Assembly (NCBI GenBank): GCA_963792585.1
Contig: CAWBWI010000003.1
Location: forward strand, 832,001 to 896,000
Length of the DNA: 64,000 bases
Source of the DNA: Candidatus Eiseniibacteriota bacterium
Lineage (GTDB): Bacteria; Eisenbacteria; RBG-16-71-46; CAIMUX01; VGJL01
Direction: 5' to 3'
Part shown: piece by piece, positions 9,628 through 17,699 of the stretch
How positions within the stretch are numbered: position 1 is the stretch's first letter
Layout of the letters: every line of letters begins with the position of its first letter
Program-made: the position numbers and the translations under genes
The notes under the pieces: generated by a model
Told to the model about the DNA's origin: nothing
The model's database searches: none
The model's input: the letters and a program-made list of their open reading frames with translations, nothing else

Positions 9628-11169
9628 GTGAAAATCGATTGTGAACCGCAGCCGCTGTGCGCGATCCGTCTCTTGGCCAGGCTATTCCTGCTCGCGCTCC
9701 TGCTCACACCATGGTCGGACATTGCCCGCGCTGGGGACGGTCCATTCGGGGAGACGCTGCGATCCCTTCCGCCTCCCGTGACGGATCCACACTCCACGGA
9801 GATCTGTCTCAATTCGAGGATCTCCTACCACGGCGGGTGGAACACGGCGGGCACCGAGCAGATGATGGCGGACGTGCTGTACGCGACGGCCCGCGCGCCC
9901 ATGACCGCCGGGCAGAGGCAGATCTATGTGGCCACCCCGCAGAATGTCTACCTGTACGACGCGGAGACCCACTCGTTGATTCTCCACAAGAGCGGTGACT
10001 CGCGGTCCGATGCCACCGCGGCATTCGAGATCGGCGTTGCGGCTTCGAGCAATCTGGATGCCGGGTTGGCGATGCACCTCTCGCAGCTCGAATCCATTGC
10101 GATCTGGACGGGGACGGTCGCGCAGCTCGCCAGCTGTCCTCGGGCAAGCGCAACCACCTATGCGAACAGCCACTGGGAGCCCACCGATCCGATCGACATC
10201 GTCGTCAGCTTCGGCGTCCGCAACGTGGCCGGGCTCACGACCACGCTGGTCGCCAACTCATCCGACGGATCCCTCCCGAATCCGTCGACGGACGGTCCGG
10301 TCTTCCTGGACGACGCCCTCGCGGACTTGGCGTACGACTCGACATTCGCCGGGGAGGATCTGACCCTTGCCCAGGACTCCCAGATCCTGTGGGCGTCCTA
10401 CGGCTGCAGCAACCACTTCGCATCCGGGAAGGCGGGACTGGTCTGCTCGTCGGCGGTGGCCAACTACTATCTCACCCGCCGCATCTATGCGATCACCGCG
10501 ACCGGTGTCTATCGATACCACGTACGCCGGCCGCCCGGGACGGACGCCGCAACGCGCGATCACCGGCTCGAGTTGGTGAGGGAGGGCGATGCAAGACCGG
10601 CGCTTTCATCGGTGATCCCGAGGCTCCCCGCGGCACCTGTTTACCTCGTTGTCTGTGTCGGCAGCACGGGGGCCTGGCCCGAACTCGAGGTCGGGTTTGC
10701 GGCCATGGGCGCGGTGCTCGAGGCATCGACGATGGATCTCCAGGGATACGTAACCGCCGGGTTCTCGGCCGCCGAGCAGGCAGGGATCCAGACGACGACG
10801 GACATCCCCACGACCGATCTCCCCATGGCGCTGGTGTCCCTCGGGCATCCCGGGCCGACCACGGGCGTTGGAGACGCGACGGAAACAGGAGTGGGATTGG
10901 ACCTCAGAGTCGGGGACCAGCCTGCAACCGGCGGACGCGCCCGAATCCACTATGTGCTTCCGGGCGGCGCATCGGTCGCGATGGCGATCTATGCCGCAGA
11001 CGGTCATTGCGTGAGGAACCTGGTTGCCGCCGCGCAGAGCAGGGGACCACATGCCGCAGACTGGGACTACCGCGATAATGACGGGCGTCCCGTTCCCTCG
11101 GGCGTCTACTTTTGTCGCCTGATGGTTGGACCCATGATAGAGACGGCGCAAGTGATCGTGGTCCGCTGA
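9628..11169 (+). CDS. Secreted tandem nitroreductase-like (SagB/ThcOx-type fold) protein with FlgD-Ig tail
   Basis: GGAG RBS plus GTG; signal peptide; two segments resembling SagB-type domains ('MADVLYATA..IYVATPQNVYLYDAETHSLILHKSGD' and 'LTLAQDSQILWASYG..SSAVANY..IYAITATGVYRY..GDAR'); tail 'WDYRDNDGRPVPSGVYFCRL'. Confidence 0.65.
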   Translation: MKIDCEPQPLCAIRLLARLFLLALLLTPWSDIARAGDGPFGETLRSLPPPVTDPHSTEICLNSRISYHGGWNTAGTEQMMADVLYATARAPMTAGQRQIYVATPQNVYLYDAETHSLILHKSGDSRSDATAAFEIGVAASSNLDAGLAMHLSQLESIAIWTGTVAQLASCPRASATTYANSHWEPTDPIDIVVSFGVRNVAGLTTTLVANSSDGSLPNPSTDGPVFLDDALADLAYDSTFAGEDLTLAQDSQILWASYGCSNHFASGKAGLVCSSAVANYYLTRRIYAITATGVYRYHVRRPPGTDAATRDHRLELVREGDARPALSSVIPRLPAAPVYLVVCVGSTGAWPELEVGFAAMGAVLEASTMDLQGYVTAGFSAAEQAGIQTTTDIPTTDLPMALVSLGHPGPTTGVGDATETGVGLDLRVGDQPATGGRARIHYVLPGGASVAMAIYAADGHCVRNLVAAAQSRGPHAADWDYRDNDGRPVPSGVYFCRLMVGPMIETAQVIVVR

Positions 11170-11307
11170 GTTGCGACGAGCCTGAGCCAACTCCATGACG
11201 CACCGATGCGAAGAGGCCGGAAGGACCCCGTCGGGCGGGTCCTCCCGGCCTCTTGGCGATGTGTCTGGATGCGGGCGCGCTGCGGCAATCAAGTCCTGGA
11301 GTGGACG

Positions 11308-12105
11308 CTATCGATAGAGCATCTTGATCCTGCCCCAGCTCGCATCCTCGGTCGGCGTCTGATCGTCCGGTCCGCACAGGGGCGGTTCGCCTTGCAACAT
11401 CGTGACCTGACCGTCGGGGGTGACCTGAGCCCACCAGCCCGGGGCGAGGATGTTGAGCTGCTGGTTCGCCATCGTCTCGATGTAGACGGGAATCGGCGAC
11501 TCTCTGTGATTGTAGAAGACGGCCACTTGGATGTCGTCGTCGAGAAGCTGCAGGCAACCGCTGAAGACGGTCTCGGCACCCTCGGGGGTCGGGTCCATCG
11601 CCGCGACGGCGGCGAATCCCACGTTCAACCCGCAGTGGCCGTTGCCATAGCACTCGCTCGCCTCGTAGATGGTCGCATCGGATCCCGACACCCCCGGTCC
11701 TACCAGCAGATCGAAGAAGCCTGCCTGCAGCAGGTTCGTCATGGCGCCCCTGCCCGCGGGGAGGTCGGTACCGACGTGGTACTCCTTGATCTTGGAGAGA
11801 CCGGTCTCGACCCTTCCCTTGTTGCCGCAACCACCGATCCTCTCCCAGGTGAGCCAAGCGAAGTTCCCCGGCAGTCGGACCTTGTGGCAGGTGGAGAGAA
11901 CATCCCCGGTCTCGGCGTCCTCCCAGCCATTGCCGCGATCGACCTGGGCGCCGCCGTCTCCGGTGACGCGGACGTCGACAGCCTGCGCGATTCCTGCGGT
12001 GAGCGAGAGACCCGCGAGCCCGAAGAACAGAGCGATGACCGAAACAACGCCGGCCTGCCTGATCACGATCCCCTTCAGCGCCTTGTGATTCCTCGTGGTG
12101 AACAT
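11308..12105 (-). CDS. Secreted hypothetical protein (FecR-like beta domain) with C-terminal SWGRIKMLYR tail
   Basis: AAGGAG RBS; signal peptide ending AQA; 'AQVDRGNGWEDAETGDVLSTCHKVRL' and 'LAPGWWAQVTPDG' resemble the ends of a FecR domain. Confidence 0.65.
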   Translation of the reverse strand: MFTTRNHKALKGIVIRQAGVVSVIALFFGLAGLSLTAGIAQAVDVRVTGDGGAQVDRGNGWEDAETGDVLSTCHKVRLPGNFAWLTWERIGGCGNKGRVETGLSKIKEYHVGTDLPAGRGAMTNLLQAGFFDLLVGPGVSGSDATIYEASECYGNGHCGLNVGFAAVAAMDPTPEGAETVFSGCLQLLDDDIQVAVFYNHRESPIPVYIETMANQQLNILAPGWWAQVTPDGQVTMLQGEPPLCGPDDQTPTEDASWGRIKMLYR

Positions 12106-12183
12106 GGCGAACTCCTTTCCCCTCGGTTTACATGTCGTGCCCTCGGCCGTCCCCCGACGGCTTCGGTTCCCGGTGCATGTCAA

Positions 12184-12200
12184 TGCAAGGGGAATGCCAA
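12184..12200 (-). promoter_or_regulatory. sigma54 (-24/-12) promoter
   Basis: Minus strand TTGGCATTCCCCTTGCA = TGGCAY-N5-TTGCA, exact GG-N10-GC spacing, ~80 bp before the start at 12105. Confidence 0.85.
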
Positions 12201-12215
12201 TCCGGTTCATCGTCG

Positions 12216-12228
12216 TAACGTGTTGTTA
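12216..12228 (-). promoter_or_regulatory. IHF-like binding site
   Basis: TAACAACACGTTA vs WATCAANNNNTTR (1 mismatch), flanked by an AT-rich tract, between the promoter and the putative enhancers. Confidence 0.6.
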
Positions 12229-12286
12229 TATAGTACTTTAGACGACTGCCGTGATCGGGGATGAGATCGCGTGAAAGATCTGGACC

Positions 12287-12355
12287 ACATCAACCTTGAC
12301 GACCCAGCTGAACTCGTTCGGACCAAAGAAGATAGGAGTTCGTCAAGCGTGACGA
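12287..12355. promoter_or_regulatory. Two palindromic candidate upstream activator sequences
   Basis: TCGTCA-agcg-TGACGA (12340-12355, perfect) and ACATCA-acct-TGACGA (12287-12302), 53 bp apart. Confidence 0.6.
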
Positions 12356-12384
12356 GGGGTTTGAGCCCGCCGAGGGGCGCACAC

Positions 12385-12421
12385 GAAAGCGCCCCGCTCC
12401 GGGGCGAGCCGGAAGCGGGGC
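12385..12421 (-). terminator. Probable intrinsic terminator after the lamin-tail gene
   Basis: Minus strand gccccgcttccgg-ctcgcc-ccggagcggggc stem (one bulge) followed by gctttc. Confidence 0.55.
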
Positions 12422-12445
12422 ACTCGTCGGCGGCAAGGCCGCTCG

Positions 12446-13432
12446 TTAACGAAAGAGGCTTCGGACTCCGCCCCAGGTCGATCGCCGAACGGCAGTTCCC
12501 GGGCAGTTCAATTGCCCGAGGGTGCATGGAAGCAGGTAGAGGGTCGACTCGCCGCCGCTGGTCAGGTACTCGAACCCGTCCGCGGGCCCGGCTCCGTCCG
12601 GGCAGCGGGCGAGGCACATATCGTCTTCGGGCGGCCGCGAGCCCAAGAACCCGATCTGATCCACGCGCACGCCATCGGCATCGAACAGGTAGAGGAGCTG
12701 CGTCACCTCGATCTGCATGGGGACATTCAACAGTAGAACGCCGCCGCCCGGCACGATCCCCGCGAGAAAGACGGCCGTCGTGCCATCGGTGAGGAACCAC
12801 CCCGCGATGTCGATGTTCGTCGCCAGCGTTGAAGGGTTGTAAAGCTCGACGAGATCCGGTCCGGGCAGCGGTTTCAGCTCGTTGATCCGGATCGTCGATC
12901 CCAGGGAAGGAACTGGTGCATCGTTGGCCGCGCCGAGCGTCGCCGTCAGATCCAGAGTCCAGTTCCCCGCGTCCGAGTAGCCCGGCTCATTGTAGAAGGG
13001 CGGATCCAGCCCACCGTCGGGCGCCCGGCACAGGGACACGGTCGCCCCGGGATGCGGGAGCGGCGCCCCCCCGGCTTGTCCGTATCCAACCCGGTCGTAG
13101 GATTCATCACTGCTGGAGTCCACGAGCGAAGTCTCCCCGCCGAGGTTGTCGAGGTACCCGCCGCCGGTGAGGTCGATGACCCTGTACTCCCCGGGCGAGA
13201 GGATCCCCTGTCCGCTGATGATGAAGTCGGTGGTCCCGCGCACGAGCACCGAATCGAGGTCGATCGAACCGGGCCCGGGATTGTACACCTCCACCTTCTC
13301 GACAGGATCATCGACGACGACCTCGTTCAGATAGAGCGGCCCCTGGATCGTCGCCCCCCCAACCTGCGGGAGAAACCCAAGACAGGTCGCGACCCCGGTC
13401 AGGAACAGGATGCGTCGTGCCATCGACTTCAT
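12446..13432 (-). CDS. Secreted double lamin-tail-domain protein with C-terminal TWGGVRSLFR tail
   Basis: Two LTD-type motifs 'LYLNEVV..VEVYNPG..IDL' and 'IRINEL..LVELYNP..IDIAGWFLTD'; signal peptide; ATGA overlap with the upstream bEBP stop; GGAGGAG RBS. Confidence 0.8.
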   Translation of the reverse strand: MKSMARRILFLTGVATCLGFLPQVGGATIQGPLYLNEVVVDDPVEKVEVYNPGPGSIDLDSVLVRGTTDFIISGQGILSPGEYRVIDLTGGGYLDNLGGETSLVDSSSDESYDRVGYGQAGGAPLPHPGATVSLCRAPDGGLDPPFYNEPGYSDAGNWTLDLTATLGAANDAPVPSLGSTIRINELKPLPGPDLVELYNPSTLATNIDIAGWFLTDGTTAVFLAGIVPGGGVLLLNVPMQIEVTQLLYLFDADGVRVDQIGFLGSRPPEDDMCLARCPDGAGPADGFEYLTSGGESTLYLLPCTLGQLNCPGTAVRRSTWGGVRSLFR

Positions 13433-16400
13433 TTGTGTTCTCCTCCCCTTGATTGGCGGCCCTCGAATTCCTCCACCGGCTTCCGGATGCCGAGACTGCG
13501 CATCCGGTTGCGGACCATCGTCTCCGTCACGCCCAACCTCCGCGCCGTCGCGGACTGGTTCCAGTTCTCTTCGGCGAGGGCCCAGCGATAGAGTCGAGCC
13601 TCCACCGCGAGCAGCCGATCCGCCACCGTCTCTCCCGGATGCAGCCCACTTCCCACCGGATCGACCGAATCGCCGGGTCGCGTCCTTGGGTCCGCCGTCG
13701 ATCGCGGAAGCGACGCGGGCAGGTGCTGGCAATCAAGGGTGTCGTCGTCCGCCATCGCGACCATGTGGGCGACGGTGTTCTTCAACTCCCGGACGTTTCC
13801 CGGCCATGAGTGCGCGGCCAATCTCTCGAGGGCCTGGCCGGTGATGGCGATCTTGCGATTCGAGTGCGATCCGATCTCGGACAGAAACGAGTGGACGAGA
13901 AGGGGGATGTCCCCGCGACGTTCGCGCAACGGAGGGATCGCAATCTGGACCACGTTCAGCCGGAAGTAGAGGTCCGGGCGAAAGGCCCCCTGCTCCATCG
14001 CGGCGTCGAGACCACGGCTCGTCGCCGCCAGAACGCGTACGTCCACGCGAATCGCCTGCCTGCCGCCGACGCGCTGGAACTCTCGCTCCTGCAAGAAGCG
14101 AAGAAGCTTGCTCTGGACGGCGAGGTCCATGTCCGCGACCTCGTCGAGGAACAAGATCCCCCGGTCCGCCAACTCCACCTTCCCGGGCCTTGCCGTCGCC
14201 GCGCCGGTGTAGGCGCCCTTCTCGTGGCCGAACAGTTCGGCCTCGATCAGTTCCCGTGGAATCGAAGGGCAATTGATCGCGGCGAACGGGCCGCGCGATC
14301 GGGCGCTCCGCGCGTGGATCGCTCTCGCGACCAGCTCCTTTCCCGTCCCGCTCTCGCCCAGGATCAACACGCTCACATCACTCTTCGCGACGCGATCGAT
14401 CATCATGTACAGGGACTGCATGATCGGCGAGATTCCGACCAGCCCCTCCCAATCCCTATCGCCGGCGGTGGTGAGGGCTTCCTCTCGCGCCGAGAGACCC
14501 CCGATTCGGGTCGCGCCGAGATGCAGCGCGAGCAACCTGAAGACGGAAAGCCCGGTGACGCTCGGCTGTCCCGAGGCGACAAGGGCGCAGGATCCCATCG
14601 TCCCCGGTATCTCCTCGCGAACCGAGGGAGTCTCCAGGTCTTCCTTCTGGCGCTCCGGATCTCTGTCCGATGAAACCCAAAGCACACGTTCGCGCTCCAG
14701 CGGCACGGCGGTCGTCCCTTTCCCGGGCCGTCCCACCGGCCCTGCGACGAGTCCGACGCATTCCACGCCCGTGGCGACGCGGAGGCGCGCGAGGCAGGGG
14801 CCGATTTCCGTGATGGAATCCACACCACGCAGAAACTCGAGGATTCCTATCACCGCGTCGAGTACCGGCGCCTCCATCTCCTCGGTTCGGGGTGCGAGTT
14901 CAGGAGAGCCTGCCGCCGGGATCAGATCCACGGGGATTCCCGACTCGCGGAGGCACGCTGCTATTTCCTCTGCGCGCGCGCGTGTACGGCCCGCATCCGG
15001 CAGGCCGAGGAGCGCCTCGCTGCGCGCAAGCAGCGCCAGCGCCGGAGCCTCCTCGCGTCGGTTTCCGACCTGGGCGAGCTCGCGTACGGCCCGGGACAGC
15101 CTCTCGACGGCCGTCTCCTGCGCGCCGACCAACCACGCGAGCACTCCCTGGTCGCGATGCACACGGGGCAATTCGGCGCCGTACATTCTACCCTTCAGAC
15201 ACCGTTCAGCGCGGGCGAGGAGCTCGCGAGCCTCCTTGGTTTCGCCCCGCACCGCCCGCTCGGAGGAGAGGATCCGAAGCGCGGATGCGATGAGGCGCGG
15301 ATCGCCCGTCCCTTCTCCCGCCGTGAGAGCCGCCTCCGCATGTTCCGCCGCACGTGTCGCATCGGATGCCGCCAGCGCGATCTCCGCCGCGAGGTGGTGC
15401 CCCTCGGCCAGGGACTCCGCCGAGCCGGACATCTTCGCGAGCCTTAGCACCTCCTCCACGATCCCGCATGCCTCTTCGATGCGTCCCAGGAGCTGAAGCG
15501 CACGTGCTTGATTGTACAAAGGCTTCGCGAGCGCCGCTTCGACCCCGGCCGTCCGGCGAAGCTCGATGGCCTTCTCGGCCCGTCGCATCCCCTCCTGCGC
15601 TTCGCCGCGCTCGATGGCGACACCGCTCAAGTTGTTCCAGCTGTTCGCCTGTCCCGAAAGATCCTGCAGTTCCTCCCGGATCTTCAGGGCCTGGCGGTGG
15701 TGCTCCTCGGCCTGCTCCATGCGCCCCTGATCAGCGCAGATGAGCCCGAGGTTGCTGTGTGCCGCCGCGACGCCCGTCTGGTGTCCGACGGCGAGGAACC
15801 CGGAGAGGGCTTCTCCCAGGAGCGATTCCGCCTCCTCCAGCTGGCCCTGGCTATAGTGGACCGTCGCAAGGTTGTTGGCGGTGGCGGCCGTGGCGCGGCG
15901 GTCAGGTAGGGATCTGCGGATCTCGTAGGCCCGGCGGAGCGCGGCGAACGCCTCCTCGGGCATCGAGAGTCGATGGTGGACCTTGCCGATGGCGTCGAAT
16001 GCGGCGGCCATCCGGACCTGATTACCCATGGCCTGGTGGATCGCGAAGCAGTCGGAGAAGAAACGGAGGGCCTCCTTCAGCTCCCCTCGGTCTAAATGCA
16101 CCCGACCCATCGACTCCAGGGTTTCCGCGCGGATGCGGCCGTCCGTATCGGCTGCCGTGAGCGCCAGCGAGCGGCAAAGCCCCTGGAGCGCCTGGTCGGA
16201 ATGTCCCAGTCGGAGGTCGCAGATCGCGATGTCGTTCAGACTGCGCGCCTGTCCGATCGCGTCTCCCGCCTCCGCTCGGAGCGCGAGTGCTCGTTCGAAG
16301 CTCGATCGGGCGTCGCGATAGTCGCCCTGCAGCACGGCGACGGAACCAAGACATCCATGGGCAACGGCGGTCTGTCCCGGCAGGTGGAGCCGGTCGGAGA

Positions 16401-16551
16401 GATCCAGACAATGGCGGAAGCAATCGCCGGCCTCGGGCAGCGATCCCCGGTCGCGGAGATCGAGTCCTCGCTGGAGCACGATACGGAGGGCCTCGTGCCA
16501 GGGCCCCTCGCCTGCGTCAGCAGGCGCGCGCCTCGGTTGAATCTGGTCCAT
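13429..16551 (-). CDS. TPR-repeat sigma54 enhancer-binding protein (TPR array + AAA+ + Fis-type HTH)
   Basis: ~530 aa of TPR repeats; Walker A GESGTGKE, GAYTGA loop, LFLDEV, FRPDLYFRLNV, WPGNVREL; HTH 'WNQSATARRLGV'. Confidence 0.93.
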   Translation of the reverse strand: MDQIQPRRAPADAGEGPWHEALRIVLQRGLDLRDRGSLPEAGDCFRHCLDLSDRLHLPGQTAVAHGCLGSVAVLQGDYRDARSSFERALALRAEAGDAIGQARSLNDIAICDLRLGHSDQALQGLCRSLALTAADTDGRIRAETLESMGRVHLDRGELKEALRFFSDCFAIHQAMGNQVRMAAAFDAIGKVHHRLSMPEEAFAALRRAYEIRRSLPDRRATAATANNLATVHYSQGQLEEAESLLGEALSGFLAVGHQTGVAAAHSNLGLICADQGRMEQAEEHHRQALKIREELQDLSGQANSWNNLSGVAIERGEAQEGMRRAEKAIELRRTAGVEAALAKPLYNQARALQLLGRIEEACGIVEEVLRLAKMSGSAESLAEGHHLAAEIALAASDATRAAEHAEAALTAGEGTGDPRLIASALRILSSERAVRGETKEARELLARAERCLKGRMYGAELPRVHRDQGVLAWLVGAQETAVERLSRAVRELAQVGNRREEAPALALLARSEALLGLPDAGRTRARAEEIAACLRESGIPVDLIPAAGSPELAPRTEEMEAPVLDAVIGILEFLRGVDSITEIGPCLARLRVATGVECVGLVAGPVGRPGKGTTAVPLERERVLWVSSDRDPERQKEDLETPSVREEIPGTMGSCALVASGQPSVTGLSVFRLLALHLGATRIGGLSAREEALTTAGDRDWEGLVGISPIMQSLYMMIDRVAKSDVSVLILGESGTGKELVARAIHARSARSRGPFAAINCPSIPRELIEAELFGHEKGAYTGAATARPGKVELADRGILFLDEVADMDLAVQSKLLRFLQEREFQRVGGRQAIRVDVRVLAATSRGLDAAMEQGAFRPDLYFRLNVVQIAIPPLRERRGDIPLLVHSFLSEIGSHSNRKIAITGQALERLAAHSWPGNVRELKNTVAHMVAMADDDTLDCQHLPASLPRSTADPRTRPGDSVDPVGSGLHPGETVADRLLAVEARLYRWALAEENWNQSATARRLGVTETMVRNRMRSLGIRKPVEEFEGRQSRGGEHK

Positions 16552-16828
16552 CGCCTCCGAACCTGAAGTTCGTGGAAAACAGAGGATTGTAGCACGGTAG
16601 GGGGGGATCCTTCCGCAAACTCCGTCCGCCTTGCGTGGTTTGCGGTTAGCCTGGGCCCCGCGACCGGCTCGCCGTCATGCGGCTCGCAAAGCCCCGCCTG
16701 TGAACACCGACCTCGGGAGTGCCTCTGCGCCGAAGTGGCGCGTATCGAGTCCAAGTCCGTGGCGAGCATCATGGCGCACGACTTCGTGCTAACCAGCGTG
16801 ACCGATGCGCGAAGTTCTAACCGCACTC

Positions 16829-17638
16829 CTAGACGACCGACTTCAAGAACGCGCGCACGATCGTGTTGAAGGCGTCCGGCTGATCCAGGTTGGAAAGGTG
16901 CGCCGCGCCGGGGATCGACACGAGCCGCGCCCCGCGGATCGCCCCGCACATCGCCTCCGCTTCCGTCGGAGGGATCAGGGTGTCCTCGGCGCCGGTGATG
17001 ACCAGCGCCGGCGTGGTGATCTCCATGAGCGTGGGCGTCGAATCGGGACGATCGCGCATTGCTTCCAGCGCGGCGACCACGCCGGCGACCGATTGCCGCG
17101 CCATCATCACGCGCGCTGCGTTCGCGACGTCCGGTCGCTCGGCTGCGGTCTTCGGAGTCAGCATCTTGGGCAACATCTTGTCGCCGACCGCGCCTGTGCC
17201 TTCTGCGCGCGCGAGCGCGATGGAATCGTTCCGCCCCTTCTTCCCTTCCGGCGAATCGGGACCGGCCTTCGTATCGGCGAGGATCAGCCCGCGCACGAGC
17301 GCCGCATGCCTTCGATAGAACGCGAACGCGATGTAGCCGCCCATCGACAGCCCGCCGACGACCGTGCTCTTGACGCCGAGCACGTCGAGCAGGCCGCGGA
17401 GGTCATCGGCGTAGGCGTCGACCGTGACGGGGCCGGCAGGCATGCCGGATTCGCCAAAGCCCCGCAAGTCCGGCGCGATCACGCGCGTGATATCCGATAG
17501 CCCGTGCACCTGCGTCGCCCACAAGGTCCGGTCGAGCGGAAAGCCATGGATCAGCAACAGCGCCGGCGCGCTGGGCGAAGCCGGATCGCCACCGATGTCG
17601 TCGTACGCGATTTCGAAGCCGCGAACTGAGGTCTTCAT
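16829..17638 (-). CDS. Alpha/beta-fold hydrolase (PcaD-like)
   Basis: LIHGFP, PDLRGFG, GLSMGG nucleophile elbow, GAEDTL, GAAHL. Confidence 0.92.
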   Translation of the reverse strand: MKTSVRGFEIAYDDIGGDPASPSAPALLLIHGFPLDRTLWATQVHGLSDITRVIAPDLRGFGESGMPAGPVTVDAYADDLRGLLDVLGVKSTVVGGLSMGGYIAFAFYRRHAALVRGLILADTKAGPDSPEGKKGRNDSIALARAEGTGAVGDKMLPKMLTPKTAAERPDVANAARVMMARQSVAGVVAALEAMRDRPDSTPTLMEITTPALVITGAEDTLIPPTEAEAMCGAIRGARLVSIPGAAHLSNLDQPDAFNTIVRAFLKSVV

Positions 17639-17699
17639 CGAATCCTCCTCGGCCGGATGAACTGCTACAGGATCTCCCGCGGCGCCTTCGTCGGGGCGT

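Noticed and set aside
16560..16828. Possible ncRNA or riboswitch in the 270-bp gap upstream of the TPR-bEBP (ccgcaaac...gtttgcgg inverted repeat, 16613-16645)
   Set aside because: No recognisable riboswitch or tRNA consensus; a single 8-bp inverted repeat is insufficient without a covariance search.
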